DNA of 64,000 bases. It comes from Acidobacteriota bacterium. GTDB taxonomy: Bacteria; Acidobacteriota; UBA6911; RPQK01; JAJDTT01. The notes beneath the pieces were generated by a model. The model did not search any database, was not told where the DNA came from, and saw only the letters and a program-made list of their open reading frames with translations. The stretch's first letter is position 1, and every line of letters starts with the position of its first letter. The stretch lies in assembly GCA_965217775.1 (NCBI GenBank), contig CBDCJH010000002.1, positions 416,001 to 480,000 on the forward strand. Direction: 5' to 3'. The position numbers and the translations under genes were made by a program. Positions 1 through 9,417 of this stretch are shown piece by piece.

Positions 1-1
1 G

Positions 2-49
2 AGATCCAAGGTCCCCGGCGTCGAGATCTTCTCCCTCCTCAAATACTGA
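2..49 (+). CDS. 3' end of a gene entering the window, possibly adenine phosphoribosyltransferase
   Basis: Frame 2 reads RSKVPGVEIFSLLKY*, resembling APRT C-termini; only 15 residues visible. Confidence 0.35.
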   Translation, partial: RSKVPGVEIFSLLKY

Positions 50-86
50 ACACCGGTGGTGCCGCGCAGAACCTCGCAAATCGACG

Positions 87-872
87 TCAGGCTTCGGGAA
101 CGGGGGCCGGTTCCAGGCGATCGATTTCGGATTGAGCCTCCTCGGCCTGGGTGCTGGTGGGAAAGTCGTTCGTGATCTTCTTGTAGTTCTCTAAAGCCTG
201 CTCGATATTGCCCAGGGCCTCTTGGGTTCGGGCAATCCGCATTAACACCGTCTGCTCCGGAACTTGGGGAGTGGGGTCTCCCAGGAGCTGCTGGAGGTAG
301 GTCAGAGCTTCCTGGTGATTCTCCTCTCCCAGCGCAATGTCCGCCAGGACGTTTCGTGACAAGTTTCGGACATCGCTGTCACCGCTGTTGTCCACGACCC
401 ATCTCAAATGTTGGCGGGCCTTCCCGGCGTCTTCGCTCTGCCGTTCGATGAGGCCGAGATAGTACCGGGAGAAAAAACCGATCCGAGTGCCGGAGTAGTC
501 GTCCGATATCCTCTCGAACGCCGCTTCGGCAGCGGCCCGCCGTTCCGTGACGGTCTCGAAACGGTACACTGGCGGCGGCTCCTGAGGCTGGTTCTGGTTC
601 TCACCGGCGGACTCGGAATCAGGTTCCGGATTCAACTCCTTGACCGGGGCGTGGTAGGTGTCCAGGGCCTCGGCGAACAGCTCCTGGGCTTCCTGGTTGG
701 TGCTTTCCCGGTAGCCCTGCCAGAGGTAGAAGCCCAGCAGGCTCACCACGACGATCCCCGATCCCACCACCAACTGAGTCCGATTTCCCACCACCCACTG
801 GGAAATCCCGCTCAATACCGAGTAGATCCGGTCCTCTTGAACGATCTCCCTGCGCGTCAACCTGCGAGCCAC
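87..872 (-). CDS. YfgM-like membrane-anchored tetratricopeptide repeat protein
   Basis: Basic N-terminus, one TM helix (LVVGSGIVVVSLLGFYLW), TPR-like helices ending YKKITNDFPTS. Confidence 0.75.
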   Translation of the reverse strand: MARRLTRREIVQEDRIYSVLSGISQWVVGNRTQLVVGSGIVVVSLLGFYLWQGYRESTNQEAQELFAEALDTYHAPVKELNPEPDSESAGENQNQPQEPPPVYRFETVTERRAAAEAAFERISDDYSGTRIGFFSRYYLGLIERQSEDAGKARQHLRWVVDNSGDSDVRNLSRNVLADIALGEENHQEALTYLQQLLGDPTPQVPEQTVLMRIARTQEALGNIEQALENYKKITNDFPTSTQAEEAQSEIDRLEPAPVPEA

Positions 873-916
873 AGAACAACCCTCCTGCGGAATTCAGTCA
901 CTGATTCGTATATTTA

Positions 917-990
917 TGCGCCTGGCAGGACTCGAACCTGCGGCACAGGGGTTAGGAACCCCTTGCTCTGTCCTTCTGAGCTACAGGCGC
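917..990 (-). tRNA. tRNA-Arg(CCT)
   Basis: Reverse complement GCGCCTGTAGCTCAG...AAGGGG-TTCCTAA-CCCCT...GGTTCGAGTCC...CAGGCGCA folds as a cloverleaf with anticodon CCT; CCA not encoded. Confidence 0.93.
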
Positions 991-2898
991 AATCGCAAAT
1001 AGTCTAGCATCCTCAGGCTGGAAGCCGCCACGGTATTGGCCCGGACGGATTGCCTACTTTCGACACCGAAAATACCTTGACGGCTGGTGTCGGGGACTAT
1101 ACATCGAACGCCGCTCGTGACCGCATCCCAGTCTCTCTTGGTCGCAAATCCTTAGTTCAACCAGCCACGGAGGCCGAATTTCGAGATGCGTAAGAATGTC
1201 AACTTTTCTTCGATTGGGATCATCCTTCTTCTGCTGAGCTTCACCAGCACCTTCGCCCAAAGGACGACGGCGGAGATCGTGGGCACGGTGACCGATGAAA
1301 CGGGAGGCGTGCTTCCCGGCGTGGAAGTCGTGATCACCAATCTGGACACGGCTCTGACCCGAAGCACCTTCACGAACGATTCCGGAAACTACCACGTCCG
1401 CCTCTTGCCGGTCGGCCGCTATTCCGTCAGCGGCGAGCTGGTGGGGTTCAAGAAGCAGGAAATCTCGGGAATCATCCTCCAGGTGGACCAGGTGGCTCGT
1501 ATCGATCTGAGCTTGGAGGTCGGAGAGATCACGGAGCTGGTGGAGATGGAAGGCACGGCGCCCCTGACCAAGACCGACGACGCCGACATCGGGATGGTGA
1601 TCGAGAACCAGCAGATCGAGGAACTCCCTCTTCGAGGCGAGAACTCCTTCGTCGATCTGGTCTCGCTGGATGCCGGAGCCGCCAAGGTTTCCGGCCATTT
1701 GACGTCGATCTTCACCGATCTGTTCGGAGGCATGACGAACGCCTACGGCTCCCCCCCGGACGGGTCGAGGTTCATGATCGACGGCGTGGACGTGAAGGAC
1801 ACCGCCTATCCCGGATCGATATCCGTCTGAGCGGCAACGCCACCCGGGAGATGAAGTCGCAGATGAACTCCCATTCGGCGGAGTTCGGAATGAACAGCGG
1901 CATCCAGGTCAACATGGTGACCAAGTCCGGGACCAATGAAATTCACGGAAACGTCTTCTGGGACCATCGCAACTCGTCGGCGAACGCACGGAATTTCTTC
2001 GATCCGTCCCGGGAAAGCCGGGTCCGGGAGGGTCTGTCCGAAGTTCCCATCCTTCAATTCAACATCTTCGGCGCCTCGGTCGGGGGACCCATCGTCCAAG
2101 ACCAGACCTTTTTCTTCTTCAACTACCAGGGCACGCGGGAAAACAAGTCGCTCACTCGTCCGGCCAGCGTTCCCACCATGAAGATGAGAAACGGCGACTT
2201 CTCCGAGATACTTCCCGGAACGGTGATCAAGGATCCGTTGACCGGCCAGCCCTTCCCGGGCAACATCATCCCCGAGAACCGGATCCATCCGGTGGCCCGC
2301 AACATGATGTTCGGCGTGGGTGAGGTCAATCCGCTGTGGCCCGTGCCCGATCGTCCCGGAATCGCCAACAACATCCTGCCCAGCCGTGTCCAGGAGCAGG
2401 TCTTCGACCAGTACGTCTTCCGCGTGGACCACAGCCTCACGGACTCGGACAACATCTGTGTCCGATACATTTACGACAAACAGGACCGGGTCCTGCGCTA
2501 CAACAAGTTCCTTCACCAACTCCCCGACTACAACGACATTTTCTCCACGCCCGCCCACAATGCTCGAGTCGGTTGGACCAAGGTCATGGGGGCGACGGCG
2601 GTCAATGAACTGAAACTGGGCGTCAACCGCATGACGCAGACGCTGGAAGATGAGATTTACGGCACGCCGGTTCCGAAGCTCCTGGGAATCGAGGGGACGT
2701 CGACCCTGTTTCAATACAATCCCTGGGTGAACGTGGCTGGTTTCAGCCGGACCGGCACCCTCTTGAACGCTCCCAACAACCGTGTGGACAACACCTATCT
2801 CGCCGGAGATACGATCTCGTGGAACGTGGGTTCTCATGCCCTCGGATTCGGAGGCGAGTGGAGGGAGAGAGAGCAGAACGGGGGATCCCAGCCGATAC

Positions 2899-3012
2899 CC
2901 AACGGTTATTTTATGGGGCTTATATACCTAAGTGCCCTTGGCATACAGTTCTGGCACCACGCTTTCCCCAACGAGATACGTTCCGGTACCCAGGGCAAGA
3001 ACCCCAGCCCTG
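2899..3012 (-). ncRNA. Predicted TnpB omegaRNA core overlapping the tnpB 3' end and TIR, with putative guide 2899-2914
   Basis: Manual fold gives three stems and a loop GGGGUU complementary to the terminal AGCCCC; 5' boundary uncertain. Confidence 0.6.
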
Positions 3013-4103
3013 AGAATGTTCAGGGCGGCATTGTGGTCCCTGTCCATTCCAAGTCCGCAGGCCCTGCACCGGAAGGTTTCGCTCCGCCCTGGATCGTGGC
3101 GGGCGCCGCACCGGTGGCAGTCCTGCGATGTAAATGCGGGATTCACTTCTACGAACTTCCGACCGGCCCATTCTGCCTTGTACTGGATTTGATTCCGCAG
3201 AAGCCCCCAGGATTGCGTCAGTATTTCTCGATTCAGCCCCTTCTTCTTCGAGCCCTTCGTTACCATCCCTTGGATGTTCAGCTTCTCCACAGCGATCAGA
3301 CCGTGCTCACGAATGATCCTGCTGGAGAGACGATGGCAGGCATTACGGTTTCGGACCGATTCCCGGTGACGGAGCCGAGATAGCTGTACGATCCGCTTCC
3401 GTCTGGTCTTGGAAATCTTCTTGCACCTGGAGACCTTTCTCTGCTGCTTTCGGATCTCCCCCCAGTCCCGTCGATTCCGTTCGATCCTCTCACCCGTGGA
3501 CAGCACCGCTCGCTTGCGGACGCCCAGGTCGATCCCTACCGAAGACTCGCATTTCGGTAGCGGCGGCTTCTCCACCTCGTACGTCAGGTCCACATACACC
3601 CGGTTCGGCTTGCGGACAATCCGCAACGCTTTCAACGGGCATCCGTCCGGCAACGGCCGGGACGGAAATATCCGGATCGTCGGGAAGCCCTTGGGCCGGA
3701 TGGCGTAGCCCCGAGCGCGCTTCTTCACCAGGGTCGCTTTGGGGTCGACGACGTCGATGGTCTCCATCCTCGCCAGGGGCCGGAATCGAGGATACCCCGG
3801 CTTCTCCCCCGCCTTGCAGCGACGGAAAAACGCCTTGAAGGCCCGGTCCAACCGCATCAACATCCCACGCTCCGCCTTGACCGCCACCGACCCGAGCCCC
3901 TCCGGATCGTCCTTCCTCTGGGAGGTCAACCCCTTCATCTGATCGTACAGGGTCACGCCGCGTTGCTCGGATTCCCAGGCCGTCCTGCGTTCCTCCAGTG
4001 CAGCGTTGTACAGCCGATTCAGGATGGACCTCACCCCGTCCAACCGCCGGATTCCACCCTTGGACAGCTTGGCTCGGCACTGGATAGTTGCGTGGCCTTT
4101 CAT
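2928..4103 (-). CDS. tnpB: TnpB RNA-guided endonuclease, RuvC motifs intact
   Basis: LYNAALEER, AFKAFF..GEKPGYPRF, RuvC-I GIDLG, RuvC-II IAVEKL, zinc finger CHRC/CRAC, RuvC-III DRDHNAALNI. Confidence 0.95.
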   Translation of the reverse strand: MKGHATIQCRAKLSKGGIRRLDGVRSILNRLYNAALEERRTAWESEQRGVTLYDQMKGLTSQRKDDPEGLGSVAVKAERGMLMRLDRAFKAFFRRCKAGEKPGYPRFRPLARMETIDVVDPKATLVKKRARGYAIRPKGFPTIRIFPSRPLPDGCPLKALRIVRKPNRVYVDLTYEVEKPPLPKCESSVGIDLGVRKRAVLSTGERIERNRRDWGEIRKQQRKVSRCKKISKTRRKRIVQLSRLRHRESVRNRNACHRLSSRIIREHGLIAVEKLNIQGMVTKGSKKKGLNREILTQSWGLLRNQIQYKAEWAGRKFVEVNPAFTSQDCHRCGARHDPGRSETFRCRACGLGMDRDHNAALNILRAGVLALGTGTYLVGESVVPELYAKGT

Positions 4104-4116
4104 GGTCGGAATTGTA
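4104..4116 (-). promoter_or_regulatory. Putative -10 box (TACAAT) for a leaderless tnpB transcript
   Basis: Minus strand TACAAT-TCCGACC-ATG, 7 nt spacing, no Shine-Dalgarno. Confidence 0.4.
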
Positions 4117-5821
4117 ACCCATCAGCCTGAATTCTCGGCACTTACGTATATAATCCCCTATTTTATCTTCGCCCCCGTCTACACCGGTTATGCCATGGCG
4201 GATCTGATGCTGGGCTATCACCGGACGGCCATCACGGGCCGGGAAGACGGTTTCGGAAACTACAGCCACAACAACGTCAGTATCCACTTCAAGGACACCT
4301 GGAAGGTCAGCTCCAAGGTGACTCTGGACCTGGGCCTGCGCTGGGACTACTTCTCACCCTATACCGATTCGAGAGATCGGATCTCGCAGTTCGATCCGGG
4401 TTCGGGATTGCTGATTCTGGTGGGTGATCCGCGCCCGACCGACGCTTCCCACTATGCATTGCCGGCGGAATACGGCGTTGCCGAGCGCATGCTCTCTCCG
4501 TTGATCTCGGACGCGAGCTGGCCTCATGGAAGGCTGCTTCAGGCGCGCGACCTGAACGACTGGGCTCCGAGAGTCGGTCTGGCTTTTCGTCCCTTCGGCG
4601 GAAACGAGACGGTTGTTCGGGCGAGCTACACCCCTTTCGACACCTTCTACATGCAGCGGGTCGGTTTCAACAAGCCCTTCGTGAACCAGCAGACCTTCGT
4701 GAATCAGTTGGACGAGCAAGGTGTTCCCGTGTTCACCATCGACAGGCCGTTTCCTGAGGGCTCGGGTATTCCTTCGTCGACGGGGTAGGGATTTCAGCCG
4801 GATTGGGCCCACGGTTACAACCAACAGTACAACGTCACCGTGGAAAGAGCCCTGTCTCAAACCGCCGTCTTCGAGCTCGGTTACATCGGCAACAAAGGCA
4901 CCAAACTGATCCGCGACGGGAACCTGAACCTGGCGGCTCCCGGTCCCGGCAGCCGCGTGAATCGAAGGCCCTATCAGAATTGGGCGACCGTCGGCTGGAG
5001 ACAGCCCACTGCCAACTCCTCCTATCACGGGATGAGAGTCAATCTGAAGCAGGGATTCAGCAACGGTTTCCTGGGCAACATTTCCTACGTCTATTCCAAG
5101 TGGCTCGACTGTGGTGGAAACAACCTGTTCGCCGACCTGGGGGACAGCGTGAAGAGGAATCCCTTCGACTGTGCGGCGGAAAAAGGGCGCAGCGCTTCCG
5201 ATTACCGGCAGCGGTTCGTCTACAATTTCGTCTACCAGATTCCGGTCATGCGAGGATCCGGCCACGGACTTGCGGGAGCCATCCTGGGTGAATGGAACAT
5301 CAGCAGCATCGGGACCTTCTCTTCGTCCGGGGCGGTCGACGTCGGCAGTCCATTCGATCCCGACAACACGGGAGCGGCCAATCGGCCTGATCTCACCGGG
5401 AATCCGAACAGTGGGCCCCGAAACGCCCAGCAGTGGTTCAATACCAAGGCGTTCACGCGGGTTCCGAATCCGGCGGAAACGGGCGTCTACCGTTTTGGAA
5501 ACGCCGGCCGCAACATCATCGACGGTCCCGGCTGGACCACGGTCGACTTTTCGGTCTGGAAGTCCTGGCACGCGGCGCAGGAAGCAGTACGGATCGAGTT
5601 TCGAGTCGATTTCTTCAACATCACCAATCACACGAACTTCGATCTCCCCAATCGTAATTTCGGAACGGGAGCCTTTGGAACGATGGGCAACGCCGGGAAT
5701 TCGCGGCATCTTCAATTCGGCCTGAATGTCCAGTTCTAGAGATGTCGTCTCAGGCCCGGAAAGAAAACCTGTCGGCAAGTCCGTCTCGAATGGTCTCGAA
5801 TAAGAAGGAGAAGTTGAAGAT

Positions 5822-7624
5822 ATGCTCTCTGGAGTTGAAAATCTGCTTTCTGTAAGCGAGCGCTCTTTCCCGTTGATCCTGACCCTCCTTTTCGGTGCTA
5901 CCATGGTTCTCGCCATGGGGCAGAACGAGCGATCGAAACCTGAATATCAGGTGAAGTTCAAGATTCACAATCTGGTCCCCATGCAGGACGGAGTCCATCT
6001 CTCGGCGGATGTCTACCGTCCCGACGCTCCGGGCAAGTTCCCCGCCGTGCTTCTGATGACTCCCTACAACAACATGAGAGGCGGAAACGACATGGAGCAC
6101 GCCCTGTACTTCGCCAAACGCGGGTATGCGGCCGTGCTGGTCGACTTGAGGGGACGGCACGATTCCGAAGGCGTATGGGACCCGTATGTGAACGATCCCA
6201 GGGACGGGTTCGATACCCACGAGTGGATCGGCAAGCAGGAGTGGTGTGACGGGAATCTGGGAACCTACGGGTACTCCTATCCGGGATTCACCCAGATCAT
6301 GCCGTCGGTTTACGGCAGCGAGTACCTCAAGTGCATGGTCCCGTCGGTCTGCCAGCAGACCAACTTCGGGCATCTCTACAACGACGGCGTGATGCAGCTC
6401 AACGTCACCTTCGTGGCCGGGTTCTTCTGGGCCGGTCACACCATGCAGTTTCTGCACGGACCGGGAATTACCGAGAATCCCATACTCGATTGGAACAAGT
6501 TCTTCTGGCGCCTGCCCCTGATCACCGCGTTGGACGATATCGCGGATCTGCCCTGGTTCCGGACCTGGATCAAGCATCCCACCTACGACGACTATTGGAA
6601 GGGCTACGGGGTCAAGGAGAAGTACGGACAGATCAAGGCGCCCGCCTATTTCATCACGGGCTGGTACGACAACCTGGTGCGTGAGAATTTCCGAAACTTC
6701 AACGGCTTCCGGAAAGAGGGCGGTTCCAAGGCGGCCCGCCAGACCAAGCTCCTGGTGGGACCCTGGACCCACAGCGTCAACAAACGCATGGAGACCTCGA
6801 TCCTCGATTTCGGTCCCGACATCTACGTCGACATCCTGGATGAACATGTCCGGTGGTACGACTACTGGCTCAAGGGAATGAAGACCGGCGTCGACACCGA
6901 AGCGCCACTCAGGATTTTCGTGATGCGCGCCAACAAGTGGCGGGACGAGTGGGAATGGCCGCTGGCCCGCACCAAGTGGACCAAGTATTACCTCAATAGT
7001 GGAGGCTCGGCCAATTCACTCTACGGCGACGGCACACTCGGCACTTCCAAGCCTTCGTCGGATTCCGCTCAGGATACGTTCGATTACGATCCAGCGAATC
7101 CGGTGGAGACCGTTGGAGGCCAGACCGAATTTCCGGCCAGCCAGAGAGGCCCGCAGAACCGGCTGGTGGTCCAGAGGCGGCAGGACGTCCTGATCTATAC
7201 GTCGGACGCGCTGTCGGAACCGTTGGAAGTCACCGGGCCCGTTGAGGTCAAGCTGCATGCGGCCTCCAGCGCCGTCGACACCGACTTCACGGCGGTTTTG
7301 ACCGAGGTCCTGCCTGACGGCCGGTCCGTCCATATCAGCGAAGGGGTCGTTCGAGCCAGCTTTCGCGACTCTCTGGAGAATCCGACCCATATCGAGCCGG
7401 GCAAGGTATACGAATACACGATCCACATCTGGGAGACGAGCTGGGAGTTTCAGCCGGGAAGCAAGATTCGGCTGGAGATCAGCAGCAGCAATTTCCCCCG
7501 CTGGGCCCGTAATCTGAACACCGGTGCCGAGTTTGGCATGACCTCGGAGATAAAGGTCGCCACGCAGACGATCTATCACAACGAGATGTATCCCTCGCAT
7601 GTGATTCTCCCGGTGATCCCGTAG
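5822..7624 (+). CDS. CocE/NonD family serine hydrolase, copy 1
   Basis: PMQDGVHLSADVYRP, nucleophile motif GYSYPG, GWYD, GPWTH, C-terminal RLEISSSNFPR. Confidence 0.92.
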   Translation: MLSGVENLLSVSERSFPLILTLLFGATMVLAMGQNERSKPEYQVKFKIHNLVPMQDGVHLSADVYRPDAPGKFPAVLLMTPYNNMRGGNDMEHALYFAKRGYAAVLVDLRGRHDSEGVWDPYVNDPRDGFDTHEWIGKQEWCDGNLGTYGYSYPGFTQIMPSVYGSEYLKCMVPSVCQQTNFGHLYNDGVMQLNVTFVAGFFWAGHTMQFLHGPGITENPILDWNKFFWRLPLITALDDIADLPWFRTWIKHPTYDDYWKGYGVKEKYGQIKAPAYFITGWYDNLVRENFRNFNGFRKEGGSKAARQTKLLVGPWTHSVNKRMETSILDFGPDIYVDILDEHVRWYDYWLKGMKTGVDTEAPLRIFVMRANKWRDEWEWPLARTKWTKYYLNSGGSANSLYGDGTLGTSKPSSDSAQDTFDYDPANPVETVGGQTEFPASQRGPQNRLVVQRRQDVLIYTSDALSEPLEVTGPVEVKLHAASSAVDTDFTAVLTEVLPDGRSVHISEGVVRASFRDSLENPTHIEPGKVYEYTIHIWETSWEFQPGSKIRLEISSSNFPRWARNLNTGAEFGMTSEIKVATQTIYHNEMYPSHVILPVIP

Positions 7625-7747
7625 AGAAGCTGCCCGATCGCGGAAAACGAGCAAGCGTCCTCCGGCCACCGGACCATAGGGCACACACGTCCGTCTGAAT
7701 TTTCGATCCCGTCGACCATCCCGACATGGGGTTCCGCCGGTGCGGGT

Positions 7748-9415
7748 TTGCTGCCGTTCCAATTCTCCGCATTGCGGTCTGCAATGATTGCAATCGCGTT
7801 TTTTCTCCTCTGCCATCCGCTGTACGCACAGCAGCCATCCGGCAGCCGTGTGCTGTTCTCCGACGTCACCCAGGCGTCCGGAATCGACTTTCTTCACGAG
7901 AGCGGTCAATCCCAGGAAAAACTGATCGTCGAGACGGTCGGTTCCGGTGTGGCGTGGCTCGACTACGACAATGACGGGCATCCGGATCTTTATTTTGTGA
8001 ACGGTTCAAGGATGTCTGAGAACAAGCCCTCGCCTGGAAATGCGCTTTTTCGAAACGACGGCGCCGGGACTTTCGAAAACGTCACCAGGAAGGCTGGAGT
8101 CGAAGGCAATGGATCGTACGGCATGGGTGTGGCCGTGGGAGACTACGACAACGACGGCCGGCTGGACCTCTACGTGACCAACTACGGTCCCAATCAACTG
8201 TTCCGCAACCATGGGGACGGAACCTTCGGGGAGGTGGCCTCGAAGGCCGGTGTCGACAGCCGGCAGTGGGGAAGCAGCGCCGGCTTTTTCGACTTCGATC
8301 GCGACGGAGACCTCGACCTCTATGTCGTCAACTATCTGGACTACGATCCGGACGACAATCCCTACTGTGGACTGCCCAAGGAGGGGTACCGTCTCTACTG
8401 CGACATCCGCATGTTCGAGGGAGCGGCGGATCAGTTGTACCGAAACGATGGCGACGGTTCATTTTCCGATGTGTCGAGTTCCGCGGGGATCGCCAATCCG
8501 GCCGGCAAGGGCCTGGGATTGACCTTTTCCGATTTCGATCTAGACGGCTACCCGGACATCTACGTCGCCAACGATACGATTCGGGACTTCCTGTACCGAA
8601 ACAACCGGGACGGCACGTTTTCCGACGTCACGTACGCCGCCGCAGTCGGTTTCGACGCCAACGGCGAACCGCAGGCGGGAATGGGGGTGGACGCGGCCGA
8701 TCTGAACCAGGACGGTCTGCCGGAGATCTTCGTCACGAATTTCGCGTACGAACTCAATGCGCTTTACCGGAACGGTCCCGGCCTTCTCTTTGAGGAGGTC
8801 TCGGAGAGAGTCGGACTAGGCTCCGGACTTCTTCCCCTGGGATTCGGAACCAAGCTCTTCGACTATGACAATGACGGCGACGCGGACGTCTACGTTGCCA
8901 ACGGACACATCGAAAACAACGTCCACCTCTACTTTCCCAACCTCACCTACGCTCAGACGGATCTTCTCTACGAGAACCTGGGAACCAGCTTCTTCGATGT
9001 CTCCGCCGAGAGTGGGACCCCCTTCAGTCGTCCGGCTGTCGGAAGGGGGGCGGCGGTTGCCGACTATGACAATGACGGAGACCTCGACATTGCGTTGTCC
9101 AACTCGGGCGGGTACGCGGTTTTAATGAGAAACGAAGGTGGAAACCGGAATCACTGGATCGCAATCCAGGCTCGCGGCCGGGAGAGCAACTCCTTCGGCC
9201 TGGGTGCCGGCGTGCGGATTGAGACGGTGCAAGGAACTCAGGTGGGGCAGATCAACAACGTGGCGAGTTATCTGAGTGCCAACGATCTCCGGGTATATTT
9301 CGGCTTGGGCCGGCTGCAGCAGATCAAGAGTGTCGAGTTGAACTGGCCCAGCGGCAGGAAACAGGTTCTTTCGAATGTACCGGCCAATCAGATCCTGAGA
9401 GTCACCGAGCCGTAG
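7748..9415 (+). CDS. CRTAC1/ASPIC-UnbV family FG-GAP repeat protein
   Basis: Repeated DYDNDGxxDLY motifs; C-terminal YLSANDLRVYFGLG..WPSG. Confidence 0.9.
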   Translation: MLPFQFSALRSAMIAIAFFLLCHPLYAQQPSGSRVLFSDVTQASGIDFLHESGQSQEKLIVETVGSGVAWLDYDNDGHPDLYFVNGSRMSENKPSPGNALFRNDGAGTFENVTRKAGVEGNGSYGMGVAVGDYDNDGRLDLYVTNYGPNQLFRNHGDGTFGEVASKAGVDSRQWGSSAGFFDFDRDGDLDLYVVNYLDYDPDDNPYCGLPKEGYRLYCDIRMFEGAADQLYRNDGDGSFSDVSSSAGIANPAGKGLGLTFSDFDLDGYPDIYVANDTIRDFLYRNNRDGTFSDVTYAAAVGFDANGEPQAGMGVDAADLNQDGLPEIFVTNFAYELNALYRNGPGLLFEEVSERVGLGSGLLPLGFGTKLFDYDNDGDADVYVANGHIENNVHLYFPNLTYAQTDLLYENLGTSFFDVSAESGTPFSRPAVGRGAAVADYDNDGDLDIALSNSGGYAVLMRNEGGNRNHWIAIQARGRESNSFGLGAGVRIETVQGTQVGQINNVASYLSANDLRVYFGLGRLQQIKSVELNWPSGRKQVLSNVPANQILRVTEP

Positions 9416-9417
9416 TC

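Larger units (their letters stand above)
2915..4158 (-). mobile_element. Non-autonomous IS1595-like TIR element carrying tnpB
   Basis: TIRs GGGGCTTATATACCTAAGTGCC (2915-2936) and reverse complement GGGGATTATATACGTAAGTGCC (4137-4158), 20/22 match; 8-bp TSD TATTTTAT at 2907-2914 and 4159-4166; removal restores the host frame PNGYFIFAPVY. Confidence 0.93.
1186..5739 (+). pseudogene. Oar-like TonB-dependent receptor with carboxypeptidase-regulatory N-domain, broken by two frameshifts and an insertion
   Basis: Signal peptide plus GTVTDETGGVLPGV, TKSGTNEIHG, LDLGLRWDY and C-terminal LQFGLNVQF spread over ORFs 1186-1830, 1851-2914, 4159-4788, 4840-5739. Confidence 0.88.

Noticed and set aside
917-990. 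tRNA-Arg as integration site for the accessory region
   Set aside because: No integrase and no duplicated tRNA 3' end seen; the accessory DNA lies on the tRNA's 5' side
1851-3383. 510-aa ORF as a complete protein or TonB-TnpB fusion
   Set aside because: After 2914 it simply reads through the antisense strand of the inserted element
2928-4103. Cas12f/type V CRISPR effector
   Set aside because: No repeat-spacer array or cas genes anywhere in the window
2915-4158. Ordinary IS1341/IS605-type orphan tnpB insertion
   Set aside because: Clear TIRs and an 8-bp TSD define the ends; only 33 bp separate the TIR from the start codon and I saw no separate IS605 end hairpin
4354-5916. Long antisense ORFs such as this 520-aa one and 17087-18547
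   Set aside because: Shadow ORFs expected from high-GC codon bias opposite real genes; no motifs
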